64,000 nucleotides of DNA, from positions 27,652,001 to 27,716,000 of the forward strand of contig OX597819.1 of the NCBI GenBank assembly GCA_951406725.2, given 5' to 3'. Below are positions 40,157 through 54,250 of this stretch, one piece after another. The notes beneath the pieces are model-generated. The model was not told the origin of the DNA, made no database searches, and saw only the letters and a list, made by a program, of their open reading frames with translations. This DNA is from Octopus vulgaris (Eukaryota). Position 1 is the stretch's first letter; each line of letters begins with the position of its first letter. A program made the translations under genes and the position numbers.

Positions 40157-41799
40157 TAAGGATAAGTACTATTAGTATGTTATCTATGACATAATTTATT
40201 TAATATACGTTCAATGCATAGATCCTTACGTAGTGCACGAAGCTATAAACTTGCCAGTCGGCAAAGGAGTCTCTAAGTGCTCGCTCGACCCGCTAAAAAT
40301 TGTAACCATAGAAAGAAAGCCTAAATTTAATAATGTATGTCTGAAAATATGACAGTATGGTCACATCTGGAACACACCTAGAACAGCTAAAGTCATAGAT
40401 CTATACCAGGGTAACAAAAGTCGTTTGGTTTTGTGAATCAGTTTGAAGAATAAACTAGATTTAGCGTTTCGGATAGGGAAGTTATTCCTAAAATCCTTAA
40501 TTGTAATGTAAGCCGAAGTAAATGGATAAAAGATTCAAATATTTTATAACAATTTTATTGACAATTAAGAAAGTAAATAGTAACAGATGTTATCAAAGTT
40601 CTTTGCACAGTTGTGTGGGGAAAATTCATCCACATAGTATAGTTATAATCCTTAGAGTGATAATGGAAATAGAAATTGTTCAAATTGACAACAGTTCTTA
40701 AGAACACCAAAGCTTGAAAGAAAGCTTACATTTTCACATTTACAAAACTTCCAGTGTCGTTTATATCAATAATAATGTATTTGGGCAAATACGTGAGTGA
40801 ATTTGAAAAAAAATTCCCTGTTAGCTTCGGCGTGTATAGACAAAGTGAAGGGGAAGTGGGTTATATATTTAATATATGGATTCATAAAGCAACGATCTGG
40901 CAGAAACGTTAGCATGCTGAGCAAAATACTAAGCGAGATTTCATCCATCTTCACGTTCTGACTTCAAATATTGCCAGGGTCGACTTTGCCTTTCAACCTT
41001 TCGGAGTCAATAAAATATTAGTTGAGGACTGGGGTGCATGCAATCGACTTACCCCTTCCCTGAAAATGTTGGCCCCGTACCAAAATTTGAAATCAGTATA
41101 TGGATTCATAAGATTCTTTTTTTATTCACTGAGATAACAAAAACTGCTCTAAGATGCACTGGTGTCATAACTCTAGTCAGGCTGAAACTTTGAACACATG
41201 CTAGGGATATATATTTTGCAGAATATTTTTTTAAATTAGAAAGCAGTAACAATTTTTTATACATAAAAATTCGATAGAGGGCGGACTTGACATTGACATA
41301 TCTTGGATCTAGTCCATGGGTCGTATATTTGACGCTGCTGATCTACACACTCAGAAGTCATTGCATATCTGACGACGAGAATGAAGAGCGAGTTATTCTA
41401 AGTTCCCTGGATATAAGAAATAATCGATAAAGTCACATTTGGAACATCTTTCATCATAAGTACCTTCGAATAGAATGGATCATCACGGCTAGGACGCCTT
41501 TAGTCATAGATCTACTTGTTTAGAGTTGACCTGTGTCAAAACAACAGACTTAGAACAACGTCAAAATCAACTCCAATCTAATTCGATCTCGGAACGCAAA
41601 GTTAGATGTAAATACAATACCAGAAGATATTAATTCAAGCACTATGCCATTTCCTGCCATTCCATCATTTCTTCTGTCTCCGACCCCGTATTACAATTTC
41701 ATTCTTTTTTTTGCTGTTTACACAGTGTAGTACTGAAAAGATTAGGAGCGGAGTTCAGAGATTTCGTGCTCCTTTTTTGGTCTCTCTCGCGTAACTAAT

Positions 41800-42545
41800 T
41801 CTGTAACAGAGAGAAGAAAATCAACTTTAGTGCGTAACTGGTACAGATAAGTAAAAAAGACAAAGTAAAAATTTCTGTGTGATTTGAATTCAGAGCACAG
41901 AGAGGTGGAACAAATACCACAAGGCATGCAGCCGACTCTACCATTGATTTCTTCCTTAGATGCAGCATGTCAAATTTGGAGTCAAGGAACAGTAGATCTC
42001 ACCAATCCCTATACTTAAGTAGCACTTTATTTATCGATCCAGAAGGGGGACAGTATATCTAACCGTGATAGGATTTGAACACACAACGTTAAAAACCGCA
42101 ATAAATGTTATGACGCTTTTTTGTCCAGGGATTTAACAATCTGCCATCAGCCCTTCTTAAAATTTCTAGTATAGACACCAAGCCCAAAATTTTAGTAGGT
42201 GGGAATTAGTAGATTAAATCTGCCTCAGTTCTTGATTGGTACCTTACTTTATCATCGAGCCCAGAAGGTTGAAAATCAAAGTTGACCTTGGTAAGATTTG
42301 AACCCAGACTAAAAGGAACTGTAACAAATAACACAAGGCATTTTATATGACGCTCTGTCAATCGACTGCCCACAGGTACAAAGCCAGAGATTTCGGCGAG
42401 GAGCTAAGTAGATTTTTACCAACCCCAGTCTTTGACTAGTACCTTATCTTATCGACCCCTGAAGGATTAAAGATAAAATTGATCTCAGCGGGATTTGAAC
42501 TCAGAACCGGAAGAAACACACTAACGATTCAACTAATTCGCAACC
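41800..42545 (-). mobile_element. Cluster of degenerate SINE B copies
   Basis: Repeated ATCGACCC..GAAGG..GATTTGAACTCAG motifs. A plus copy also lies at about 40893-41100. Confidence 0.6.
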
Positions 42546-42983
42546 ATCGCTTTTATAAAAAAAATTCACTATATTCTTCAAAATATTCATTCGAGATCTT
42601 AGAAGAAACAAAATTCTAGTACATTAACGAAGAAAATATCAGACTTGATGGAACTAGATTTTTTTGTTTGTTTTTTGTTACTACTCTACCGTTTTTTTTT
42701 TAAATTTCGTATTTTTACATTATCTTTTTTTATTAATAATTTTATATATCTCTTTACAGTCACTATAAACATTAATGGGCGTGTGCTGCGTATACGAAAA
42801 GATCTTTGAAGATCTGTGATCTCATGACATAAGAAAATCACTATTTATTTATTGCAAGAATTTGAAAAGGCAGTAAAATTAAGTTTGTGTCATCAGAGAT
42901 TTGTTAAATTGTAAATAAGTAGATGAGATACTCGGATGAGATAACAAACTGAATGTCTAACTCAAACAAACAACAAACTTCTC

Positions 42984-43024
<41 letters not shown>

Positions 43025-43453
43025 CACTCACATATACACAATTATGGTGTATGTATACACGAGTGTAAGTATGTAGGTACGTATATATATATATATATAT
43101 ATATATACATAAACAGGAATTATACAAAGTTCATAAGCATGTACTTGTAAGCAAGAATGTGTGTGTGTGCATGTAGTGTGTGTATACATACACGGATTAT
43201 ATATTCATACATATGTATATGTATATATGTATATATCTATACATCTATGTGTGTGTGTATGTGCGTGAGCATGTATAGATACGTATATGCGTGTGTGTAC
43301 ATGTATATATATGTGTGTGTTTATACGTATATGTGTATGTGTATTTGTGTGCATGCGTGTGAATAGAAATAGAGGGGAATAAAAGAGAGTGAGACTGTGT
43401 ATGTGTGTGTATGTCTGTATGTTTTTTATAAATTAATTTTTTTTCTGTCGCTT

Positions 43454-43485
<32 letters not shown>

Positions 43486-43683
43486 TACTACATCGGGGAA
43501 CGGAATGGCTGGGGAGAGGAATTCTATATCTTAGGCAGACAGTAGAAATGAGAGAAACTACGACGTTAATGCCTTTGCATAGAACATTAAAGATGGCGCA
43601 TCAACAAGGTTTCTGCGTGGCTATACGACCTGCAAAAATAACCACATTTCTCCTCCATCTTAAATATAAAGGTAGGATACGGC

Positions 43684-44158
43684 GTAGGCGCAGGCGTGGC
43701 TGTGTGGTAAGAAATTTGCTTCACAACCAAACGGTTCTGGGTTCAGCCCCACTGTGTGGTACCTTGGGCAAGTGTCTTCTGCAATAGCATCGGGCTGACT
43801 AAATCCTTGTGAAACTGCATATATATATATATATATAATCAGTATATGACTTAAATTATTAAACAAAGTTAAACAAATTTATTTATATTAATGAAATGAA
43901 GGAAATTGGATGTTAAATGGAGTTTAGTTTTTATTTTCATATTCCTATACAGTTGTTTCTCGCAAATATAACAAGATATTCAATTTGCTAAATATATAAA
44001 TTTGATGAATTTTGTTTAATAAGTTACATCATATACTGATTATTTCTAAACAAGCTTTCATACCTATACGACTTTTTAAAAAAAATTCTAAAGTAAAGTA
44101 TCAGAAATCAAAGGAAAAAATTCCAATTGAAAGGATGAACATACATTCATCCGAAAAC

Positions 44159-44255
<97 letters not shown>

Positions 44256-44813
44256 GGCAATGAAGATTTTAGAAATGTTTACTACCAGTGGTCTAGCGTA
44301 TAGAAAAATTAGTCAATAGACTATATATTATTCATATAAAATAGAGTGTACATTTAAACACATTAAGAGGTATCCATCATAGGACTTCCTTATGCTAGAA
44401 GGAACAGCTAAAGTTCAAACCACTAATTAGGGATAAAATGTCGAAGGGGATGAAAAATAAAAACATTTACCATCTATTTCCTGGACCATGGTTTCAGACT
44501 TATTTAGCAAATAAAATAATTTGCTAGGCGAAGTCTTCGTCAACAGATACGCCAAGATTAAACATGATACATATACATATATAATCCAAATACTAAGAGG
44601 ACAAAGACATTTTTTAACACATCTTTAATGATTCGTTACAGTTGTTGCTGTACCAATTCTGCTTGCAAAGCTAGTTTACACAAAAATTCGAAGTGAAAAT
44701 TTATGTAATATTTGCGGTTTTTGTCATTTTTGGCATTTCATCAGACTTGCATCAAAGGTGTTTTTTCACATTCTGCATCTTCCAGATTTTGATATACATA
44801 TATAAATACGTGT

Positions 44814-44866
<53 letters not shown>

Positions 44867-45117
44867 TATGTATACATATATGCATGCATGTGTGTGTGTC
44901 TTTGTGTCTGTGTTTGTCGTCCACCACCGCTTAACAACCGGTGTTGCTGTGTTTACGCCCCCGTAAATTAGCGGCTTGGCAAAAGGATCCGATAGAATAA
45001 ATATCAGGCTTTAAAAAGAGCTACTGGGGTCAATTCATTCGACTAAAATCCCTTCATGGTGGTGCCCCAGCATAGCTGCAGTCTAATGGCTGAAACAAGT
45101 TAAAGAGAAAAGATAAA
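43684..45117 (+). mobile_element. SINE A head (43684-43815) and tail (44893-45117) separated by nested insertions
   Basis: Both halves are in the same orientation. The intervening 1.1 kb holds TA runs, a fold-back and a hammerhead-bearing fragment. Confidence 0.6.
44478..44547 (-). ncRNA. Minimal type-I hammerhead motif with long stem II (C3U)
   Basis: TCTG-TTGACGA-AGACTT-cgcc-TAGCAAAT-tatttt-ATTTGCTA-aat-AAGTCT-GAAAC-CATG-GTC-CAGG. Confidence 0.7.
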
Positions 45118-45357
45118 GGGCTGCAAGGATCTGATCATTGGTTCATTGGATCAGGCCTGACCTTTGGTTGAATCACATCATCATCATCAACAGCAACAAT
45201 AACATTAAGAATAGGAACTGAAGTAAAAAGAGGTTAGACATGCGACGCCCGAGAAAAAATCATTTTACGGTTTCGATCCATCAAGAATGTACCTTTATAG
45301 TTAAACGGCCATCATCATACTGAACAACACGAAACTGAAACATTGCTTCATCTTGGC

Positions 45358-45421
<64 letters not shown>

Positions 45422-45799
45422 TGTTGTTGTTGTTGTTGTTTAGCGTTGATCCAACTGGCCAAGGATCAAAAACAGCCCATCCATGACCATTCTCTCGTCT
45501 TGCTCATATAAGATTATATTGTCCCATGTATTCCTTTTTTTTCTTTTTTCTGCTTATTTTTTTCTCTAAAGATGGTATAGTGTGATTCGTAAAAGATTTG
45601 GTTGCTATTTCTAGCATGCCACATGACTGCCTCCCTAAATCGAATTGAAGGATGTTTTTGATGTCTTTATTCATGAAAAAAATGCAAATCTAACATGAGA
45701 TATCTTGATCTGCGAATGATTAAGGAAGATTAAAGAGTGAAATCATTTACATAACATAGTATAATGTGTTACTAAACGTGGCGACAAATAAGTCATTAT

Positions 45800-46190
45800 T
45801 CTTTTCTACTGAATGTACAAGGTCCGAAATTTTGGGGGAAGGGACCAGTCGATTAGATCGATCTATCGTCGATCAATCTAATCGACCGCAGTACGCAACT
45901 GGTACTTAATTTATCGACCCTGAAAGGATGAACAGCAAAGAACATAAAGACAGACGAAATACCACTAAGCATTTTGCCCGTGCTAACGTTTCTTATTTCT
46001 TTATTGCCCACAAGGGGACAAACAAGAGCAGACAAACGGATTAAGTCGATTATATCGACCCCACTGCGTAACTGGTCTTTAATTTATCGACCCCGAAAGG
46101 ATGAAAAGCAAAGTCGACCTCGGCAGAATTTGAACTCAGAACACAAAGACAGACGAAATATCACTAAGCATTTTACCCGTGCTAACGTTT
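45800..46190 (-). mobile_element. Tandem SINE B fragments
   Basis: Match to family B. Confidence 0.8.
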
Positions 46191-47279
46191 TAATAAAAAT
46201 TAAAGATGGTGACGGCTGCAACACCTTTTGTAGGAGATATAACAGAAGCTTCGGATGCACCAGAGCTGATAGAATATGGGGCGGAGAGAACGCTATCAGT
46301 GCACGATGTGGTAGAGGAGCAATCTGGCGGAAAATTTCTGAAGCAATTGGTAGCAGACGGATGGAACCCGAAAATACCCAAAATTTGATAACGAATTTCC
46401 CCTAAAGACACTATCATGATAAGCCTAAGGTAAAAATATATTTCAGTACGTTAGGGATTTGAGTTTATAGGTATGTATTTGTATATGTACGTTGATGTGG
46501 AGGGTAAGTGTGTATGTGTGTATATGTATAGTTATTCATACAGATAGGTAAACAGACGTGTGTTTACGAGTGTGTATGTAAGAAGATAGGTGTGCGTTTA
46601 TGTGTGTGAATGTGTGTATGCAGGAACGCACTGAAAATTAAGGAAATAATTTAATTATTTTCAGATGAGCTTAATTCAGGTGTACATTGAATCGGGAGGA
46701 AGTAGAGAAAGAAAGAAAGAGAGTGGAAAGAAAGAACTGTGGAGAGAAAAGGGGAGGAAGAGAAGGATAAAACAAAAATGCAAAAATCATTTGCTGTTAC
46801 AGTTGTTGTTGTTGACGTTGTTGATTTCATATTAATTAACGTTTTTTGTAATTAATTTTATAATTTACTATTTAAAGGACCAAAACAAAAATCAGGGCGT
46901 AATACCGTTGCTAGCACATGAAATTTCGATTGAAGATGAATAAATGTTGTACTAGGAGTATACGGATATACGGTAGTTTACCAACACGATTTCAATTTCA
47001 TCTTAAGCATTTTCACTTTAATTACTTCGTAGCCAATCACAACCATTTTCAAGACCCTGGAGTAGAATAGGGTCTTTTTCTCAGAATGGCTTGCTCTAAA
47101 ACAATGGTTCTAAACCGGGGTTCATATGGCCCTTGTGGATCCATATAAGATTTTGTTAAAATTTATCTCCAATAGATAGGTTATACTTCTACAATACACA
47201 AAATATTTTAATAATTATGTTTGTACTATTTCTAATAATAATATTTAATTATCTTACAAATAATAAAACGCAATGTCTT

Positions 47280-47615
47280 GTTAACTTAGCTAACTTAAGT
47301 TTTGACCTTTTTTTGCTCCAGGCCATGTCTAACTTTAAAGCACCGCCTGGAATAGTCTTTTAAATCATTTTTTATGACATCATAGTCCTATTTAGTAAGG
47401 TGTTGTCTACCGAGATGAGCTCGAGTTTCAATGGTTTGTTTGTCTGGCATTTCATGAAGGAATTTGTTCAGATACTGTTTGAGCGCTAGGGACATTTTTC
47501 TTCAGTGATTGTTTTTCGGAATAATGCTGAAGAAGGTAGAATCAATTAAGGTAAAGAAACAGTTCTATCGCAAAGTTTTTCTAGGAGTGTACGGCCCTGG
47601 GGCCAAGCTCTGGGT
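47280..47615 (-). mobile_element. Decayed CR1/L2-type LINE 3' end
   Basis: Homologous to 38612-39025. GGCGGTGC..AGACATGGCC tail. Confidence 0.65.
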
Positions 47616-48140
47616 GACGTATACTGAGTTTATTAAAGAAGCGGTTTTAAGTCTCCACTATTTTTATTTGAAGATTTTTCATAATAGAGACATTATTAGA
47701 GTGTGTCAATGAGTTAGCAATAAGCAGAAATGCTGTTAACGATGACGGTTATGCAAATGAAGGCTAACATAGGAAATCCAAATTCAAGAATACTTAAAAT
47801 CTTGTAACGTTTCCTGTAATTCTCTTAATGTGACAACGGATATTAAATTATCAGTTCGATTAGTTATTATTGCAACATATTTTCACGGAGATTCTTTTCA
47901 AAACGAGTTAAATTAAAGCATTTGCCTCCAAACATTCCAGGATACGGTGGTTGTGTTGTTGAAAGATTTGTTTAAAATAATTTCGTTCGCGATTGATGTT
48001 ACCCCTAATATGCTAGGCCAGAGTATTGGAATATTGATTTGGCGGGAGCTATTTACAGAACTTGATGAGCATCCTCTTGTTTCTTTCCACTGTATTACAT
48101 ATAAGGAGATACTGAGTACAAAACTAAGCTTTAATGATTT
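47615..48140 (+). mobile_element. hAT (Charlie/SPIN/GTF2IRD2-like) transposase remnant
   Basis: EFIKEA..LFEDF...LAISRN.V...TTDI....RL.I...KIISFAID.TPNMLG...HPLVSFHCI.Y.E.L.TK resembles the hAT TDGA/CxxH motifs. Frameshifted and internally deleted. Confidence 0.65.
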
Positions 48141-48431
48141 CTGTTATATACTTAGAGATAAAGACTGCCAATTTGAAAGCCATCAGGAATTGGCATAAGC
48201 GACAATTTAATTTACTATTAAATTAGACCGAACCACTTAAAAATAAATCAGAACTGAATTAAAAATAAATATTGTACTAGTAATTTGAGAATAAACATTC
48301 AGACTCTGAACTTTGAAGTGCAAGATTGAATTTCCGAAAATGTTAGTACACCTGAAATTCTTGCAAAATCACTCTTAATCATTTTCTCATTAAGACAGTC
48401 ATGTGTAACGAATATGTTAGCTCTAAATAAT

Positions 48432-49051
48432 CTTTACTACTTTAGGCACAAGGCCCGAAATTTTGGGGGAGGGACCAGTCGATTAGATCGACCCCAGTAT
48501 GCAACTGGTACTTAATTTATCGACCCTGAAAGAATGAAAGGCAAAGTCGACCTCGGAGGAATTTGAACTCAGAACGTAAAGACAGACGAAATACTGCTAA
48601 GCATTTCGTCCGGCGTGCTAACGTTTCTGCCAGATCGCCGCCTTTGGAGTAGCTAATATTCTTTTCTATTCTAGGCACGAGACCCGAAATTTTGGGGGAG
48701 AGGGCCAGTCGATTAGATCGACCCCAGTACGCAACTGATACTTAATTTATCGACCCCGAAAGGATGAAAAGTAAAGTCGACCTCGGAAGAATTTGAACTC
48801 AGAACACAAAGACAGACGGAATATCTATTTCTATTTCTTTACTACCCACAAGGGGCTAAACACAGAGAGGACAAACAAGGACAGACAAACGAATTAGGTC
48901 GATTATATCGACCCCAGTACGCAACTGGGACTTAATTTATCGACCCCGAAAGGATGAAAGGCAAAGTCGACCGCGGGGGAATTTGATCTCAGAACGTAAC
49001 GGCAGACGAAATACGGCGCGGCGCGCTAACGTTTCTGCCAACTCGCCGCCC
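48432..49051 (-). mobile_element. Three tandem SINE B units
   Basis: Core repeated at about 48480, 48710 and 48900. Confidence 0.85.
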
Positions 49052-49309
49052 TGGAGTAGCTAATATTGCCACAATATTTTACAGGGAACCAAAATGGATG
49101 ATAACTTTAGTGCTGCCTGTTTAACATTAAATGTACAATTTAAATCTCGCTCATAATGAGACTCCTTTTTAAATTTCAACAATAAAAACTACTGATCTCA
49201 AGCTAACTTAATCTCCTTTAGTTAATACCCTAGTTTTAAAAGTATTTTATGAAATTTAAAATATAATTTCAAATTATATTTTATATAAACTTCGTGTTTC
49301 GTATATTTC

Positions 49310-49403
<94 letters not shown>

Positions 49404-49404
<1 letters not shown>

Positions 49405-50708
49405 TGTTTCTTTATTAGCCACACAGGGCTGCACACAGACAGAGCAAATTACAAGGTAGAGCTTTTCTTTTTTGGGGAAAAAAAGGGGGTTGGTTTTCGA
49501 TCAAAAGGGATCGTAAAAGGAAAGAAAGAGGACAAAAAAAGGGGAGAATTTTAAAAAAGGGGGGAGAGGAAAAATAAAGAAAAGGGGAGAGGAAAAAATG
49601 TTGATCAATAGGGATCGTAATCACAGAAATGTCAATATGAAGTGTAAAGGGGAGGACAGGTGAGGTTTACTCGTGGAAAGAAAAGCCTACGGAAAAGACC
49701 ACGGTAACCTCGGTCAATGAAGTCACATGTTATATTTCTTTTTTTTTTGCAAATAAGCAACTCTCTGTATTAATTTTTACGGTTCATAGAATCATAGTCA
49801 AGGTGGCTTCGTCATTCATACGTGCCATCCTTGCTACATTCACCCATCTTTTTTTAAAACATTCACTAGACAAAACTTGCCTCTCTACTCTCACTTTCCT
49901 CTTCAAGTGATACTTGAAGAAGTTGATGAGAGATTGACCAGAGAGGAAAGTGCTTGTCTCTAATCCTTTCAGGCGCGTCCACCAGATACATTCTTTCGCC
50001 ATAGCCACAAGTATATAAAAATATCTCTTCCTTCCCGTTTGAAGGAAGGAGGCGTGACGATATTAACGATAGACTCGGCTGATAAACCGACACGTCCCAC
50101 ACGTGACAGCAGTCGTTCGACATAAGCCCACAGGTCGGAAATTGCTGGACACTGCACGATTGCGTGCAGAGCGGTTTCGTCGCTCTGCCCGCATCTCGGG
50201 CAGGTCGGCCCCGTGTTTCTCGAGCCATGCCTATAGAGCTTATCCCAAACGGGTAGCGCTTCTCGGTAGCACCGCCAGGCCAGGGATCTCTGGAAGTTGT
50301 CTATAGGTCCCGGGCCGAAAGTCGTTTGAAACAGGCGGGTCAGGTATTCCTCGTCGACGCCCAGGTTTGCCCCGAGCTCGTCGACGTACCTCCCCTCCAC
50401 TAATCCCCTATAGAATGCTTTGGTTGTGTTGAAGTCACTCAAGGTCGACCCGTGACGGCAGAGTTGCTTGAGAGCAACGCGACACTTGCGGTGCCATTCG
50501 CCCTTCCTCGGCCTCTTTTTGATCCACGACTGCAGTTCGGTCATGGAGACGAGTTGCGGGAAAGCGTGCCTCACAAACGGCGACCACACCTGTTCACCGT
50601 CGTCTACATAGAGCCGGAGATGTCGCAGTCTCAGCGCGTGTCTGCGCATCATCAACCACGGCATGCCCAGCCTTCCTTTTAACGGGTGTTGACAGCAAAT
50701 GGAAGATC
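49404..50708 (-). mobile_element. Tx1/L1-clade LINE, 5'-truncated 1.3-kb copy (ORF2 C-terminus plus 3' UTR)
   Basis: G.LGMP motif and zf-RVT-like CPRCGQSDETALHAIVQC. One frameshift near 50010. Ends in AATAAA then (TATC)n. Confidence 0.88.
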
Positions 50709-50990
50709 TGTTACAGCTCACCATGTCACGTCTTACAGCCATTGCAGTGTTCACAGGTCATTGAGTAGCAGCCATGATATCGGCATTTTAATACTTGATG
50801 CAAATCATCAAAACACAGGTAACCCTTTCCAATATTCTGATGGCTTCACGCCCTCCATGTCAGCTGATTTGTTCTAACCTACAACTTTATTCTTCATGCT
50901 CTCCGACTCCGTTGACTATTCACCAATACACCAAGATATTCTTGCAAAAAGGATCAATACTGTCTTTCTAGTGGATATTTGCAGCATAAA
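50706..50990 (-). mobile_element. 5' fragment of a mariner/maT-like element related to 54251-55489
   Basis: Alignable by eye to the reverse complement of 54270-54535. Confidence 0.7.
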
Positions 50991-51095
50991 GTGGAATTGT
51001 ACTAGTGGAGGATTGAAGCCGTATCGCTATGTCGATGTTCTCAGAACGAATCGTTCGTGGCAAACAGTCTATTGTTCTGGAATGCAGACTGTGAA

Positions 51096-51310
51096 TACTC
51101 TTTTACTCTTTTACTTGTTTCAGTCATTTGACTGCGGCCATGCTGGAGCACCGCCTTTAGTCGTACAAATCGACCCTAGGACTTATTCTTTGTAAGCTTA
51201 GTACTTATTCTATCGGTCTCTTTTGCCGAACTGCTAAGTTACGAGGACGTAAACACACCAGCATCAGTTGTCAAGCGATGTTGGGGGGACAAACACAGAC
51301 ACACAAATAT

Positions 51311-51392
<82 letters not shown>

Positions 51393-51557
51393 GACGGGCT
51401 TCTTTCAATTTCCGTCAACCAAATCCACTCACAAGGCTTTGGTCGGCCCGAAGCTATAGTAGAAGACACTTTGCCCAAGGTGCCACGCAGTGGGAATGAA
51501 CCCGGAACCATGTGGTTGGTAAGCAAACTACTTACCACACAGCCACTCCTGTGCCTA
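51096..51557 (-). mobile_element. SINE family A, full length
   Basis: Match to 554-997. Confidence 0.9.
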
Positions 51558-51961
51558 TATAATGTGCATTGTCTCTAAATGGATGACAGACGTTGTTGTA
51601 ATGGAGAATGGAGGTGGGAATGGTAGGTTGTGATGTCAGAGAAACACATAGAAGTAATCTTCATCATCGACATCGTCGTCATCGTCGTCGTCGTGACGTC
51701 ACCTTCGTTGTCACCATTATGATTATCATACTCATCCTTAACGTCTTCATCGCTATCGTCGTCGAACGTCGTCGGCTTCGCCATCTTTATGATCGTCACT
51801 GATTTCATTCGTGGCTTGGTTACTACTTTTTTGATGAACGAAAGACAAAAACAGCGAAGTAGAATGAAAGAATGATTGAAGGAAATGAAATAAACAAGGA
51901 AAGAAGGAAGGAAGGAAGGAAGGACGGAAGCTGGTGGAAAATGAGAAAAGAGCAGAAATGC

Positions 51962-52308
51962 GAGAAGAAGAAGAAGAAGAAGAAGAAGAAGAAGAAGAAG
52001 AAGAAGAAGAAGAAGAAGAAGGTGGAGGAGGAGGAGGAGGTGGAGGAGAAGAAGAAGAAGGAGAAGAAGAAGAAGAAGAAGAAGAAGGAGGAGGAGGAGG
52101 AGAAGAAGAAGAAGAAGAAGAAGAAGAAGAAGAAGAAGAAGAAGAAGAAGCAGAAGAAGAAGAAGGAGAAGAAGAAGAAGAAGAAGAAGAAGAAGAAGAA
52201 GAAGAAGAAGAAGAAGAAGAAGAAGAAGAAGAAGAAGAAGAAGAAGAAGAAGAAGAAGAAGAAGAAGAAGAAGAAGAAGAAGAAGAAGAAGAAGAAGAAG
52301 AAGAAGAA
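51962..52308 (+). repeat. (AAG)n/(GAG)n trinucleotide array
   Basis: Directly visible. Confidence 0.98.
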
Positions 52309-52639
52309 ATAATAGCAAATAGCGAATATAGTACAGGATTTCCTTATGATTATCATGAATATTTTTGGTATTGGCTATCAACGATCTTGACTAAGCACCC
52401 AACATGATGTCAGAGATACGGTGAGCTAAACTCTATGGGTGTGCCATATTCGGTGATCGTCTGCTATATCTTTGCCTTCATATTTCCAAATGGTGCTTTA
52501 TTTATTTCACTAGAAAATAAATATTCCGCCGCCACACTATCAGTAATATTTCAGTGATAAATATTTATGGGAGTAATAAAAATATTCCGAGTAGTTTCAT
52601 TTGAACCTAGTCATGTCTGATAAGACAACAATAACAATA

Positions 52640-52665
52640 AAATAATAATAATAATAATAATAATA

Positions 52666-52736
<71 letters not shown>

Positions 52737-52777
52737 TAATAATAATAATAATAATAATAACAATAATAATAATAATA

Positions 52778-52828
<51 letters not shown>

Positions 52829-52830
52829 TA
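52640..52830 (+). repeat. (AAT)n array (others at 59570-59735 and 61240-61320)
   Basis: Directly visible. Confidence 0.97.
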
Positions 52831-53167
52831 AACAATACAACAACGACTACAACTATAACAACAAAAATAGAACTAGAACTGTTGTAAATGTTATTCTTGT
52901 TATTGCTGTTTTTCAATGCTGCAGTTTTTGGCGGTAGTTATAGCGGTGATGGTGGTGGCGATGGTGGTATTGCTGATGTTGTTGTCATTGATGTGACAGT
53001 TGCTGTCGTTCTTTTTGTTGTTGTTACAGTTGTTGTTGTTGTTGTTGTTGTTACAGTTATTGTTGTTGTCCATTTTGCCATATTTATCCACGGATTTAAG
53101 GGGATTTTCGTTTTACGATTGTTAGAGATCATGGCAATATTTATTTGAATTGCTTATTTTCTTCTAA

Positions 53168-53227
53168 CATAATGGGGATATACAACGCACACATGTGTAT
53201 ACATATATGTGTGTGAGTTTGTGTGTG

Positions 53228-53289
<62 letters not shown>

Positions 53290-53369
53290 CACGTGTAAAC
53301 ATATACATAATGGGGATATACAACGCACACATGTGTATACATATATGTGTGTGAGTTTGTGTGTGAGTT

Positions 53370-53429
<60 letters not shown>

Positions 53430-53445
53430 CACGTGTAAACATATA
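53168..53445. repeat. Tandem duplication, 2 x about 138 bp
   Basis: CATAATGGGGATATACAACGC...GCACGTGTAAACATATA repeated. Confidence 0.9.
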
Positions 53446-53681
53446 TACATATATGAAGGCGGTGAGCTGGCAGAAACGTTAGCACGCCGAGCGAAATGCG
53501 TAGCCCGTCTGCCGTTACGTTCTGAGTTCAAATTCCGCTCCGATACTTCTCTCTAAGTCAAGTACTCGCGCCATCTATTCTCTTTTTGCTAAACTCTCAG
53601 TTATGAGGAAGCAAACAAACCAACGCCTGCTGTCAAACACAACCATATAGACACACCCACACGCACACACACACACACAGT

Positions 53682-53995
53682 TAGAATTTTCTTTTGGTCG
53701 AGTAACCCATCCCACTCAAAAGGTCCCTGAATAAGGGTTGTTTAAGGATTTTGAACGAAGCACCCATGTTTCCAGGGGTCAATTATTCAAACCCCAAAGA
53801 ATCCGTCTCAACACATGACTATGATGCTCCCCCACTACTTCTGCTCGTGACCAGAGATGCCCATATCGTCAGCCACTAAGGGACATGCTCAACTGGTTAA
53901 GGTAAAAAAACTGACAAGCAAATCTGTGGTACCAAGACAAAACAATGTACATGATAACACTTCCAATCAGTTAAGATCAGAAGCCATGAGAGCCA

Positions 53996-54053
<58 letters not shown>

Positions 54054-54055
54054 GT
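53682..54055 (+). mobile_element. Unclassified retroposon 3' end with (TTA)n tail
   Basis: GC-richer block ending GAAGCCATGAGAGCCA(TTA)n. Single copy in this window. Confidence 0.4.
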
Positions 54056-54112
54056 ATATGTATGTATATATGTGTGTGTGTATGTATATATATGCCTGCT
54101 CACTTACTAGCA

Positions 54113-54191
<79 letters not shown>

Positions 54192-54250
54192 GTACGCGCA
54201 CGCACACACACACACACACGCACACATGCACACACACACGAACACATGCA

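Noticed and set aside
49969-50754. Intact 261-aa host gene
   Set aside because: It is a truncated LINE ORF2 whose apparent N-terminus comes from an adjacent mariner fragment.
51575-52407. Poly-E/K/L/F ORFs
   Set aside because: Translations of (AAG)n with no domain or splice support.
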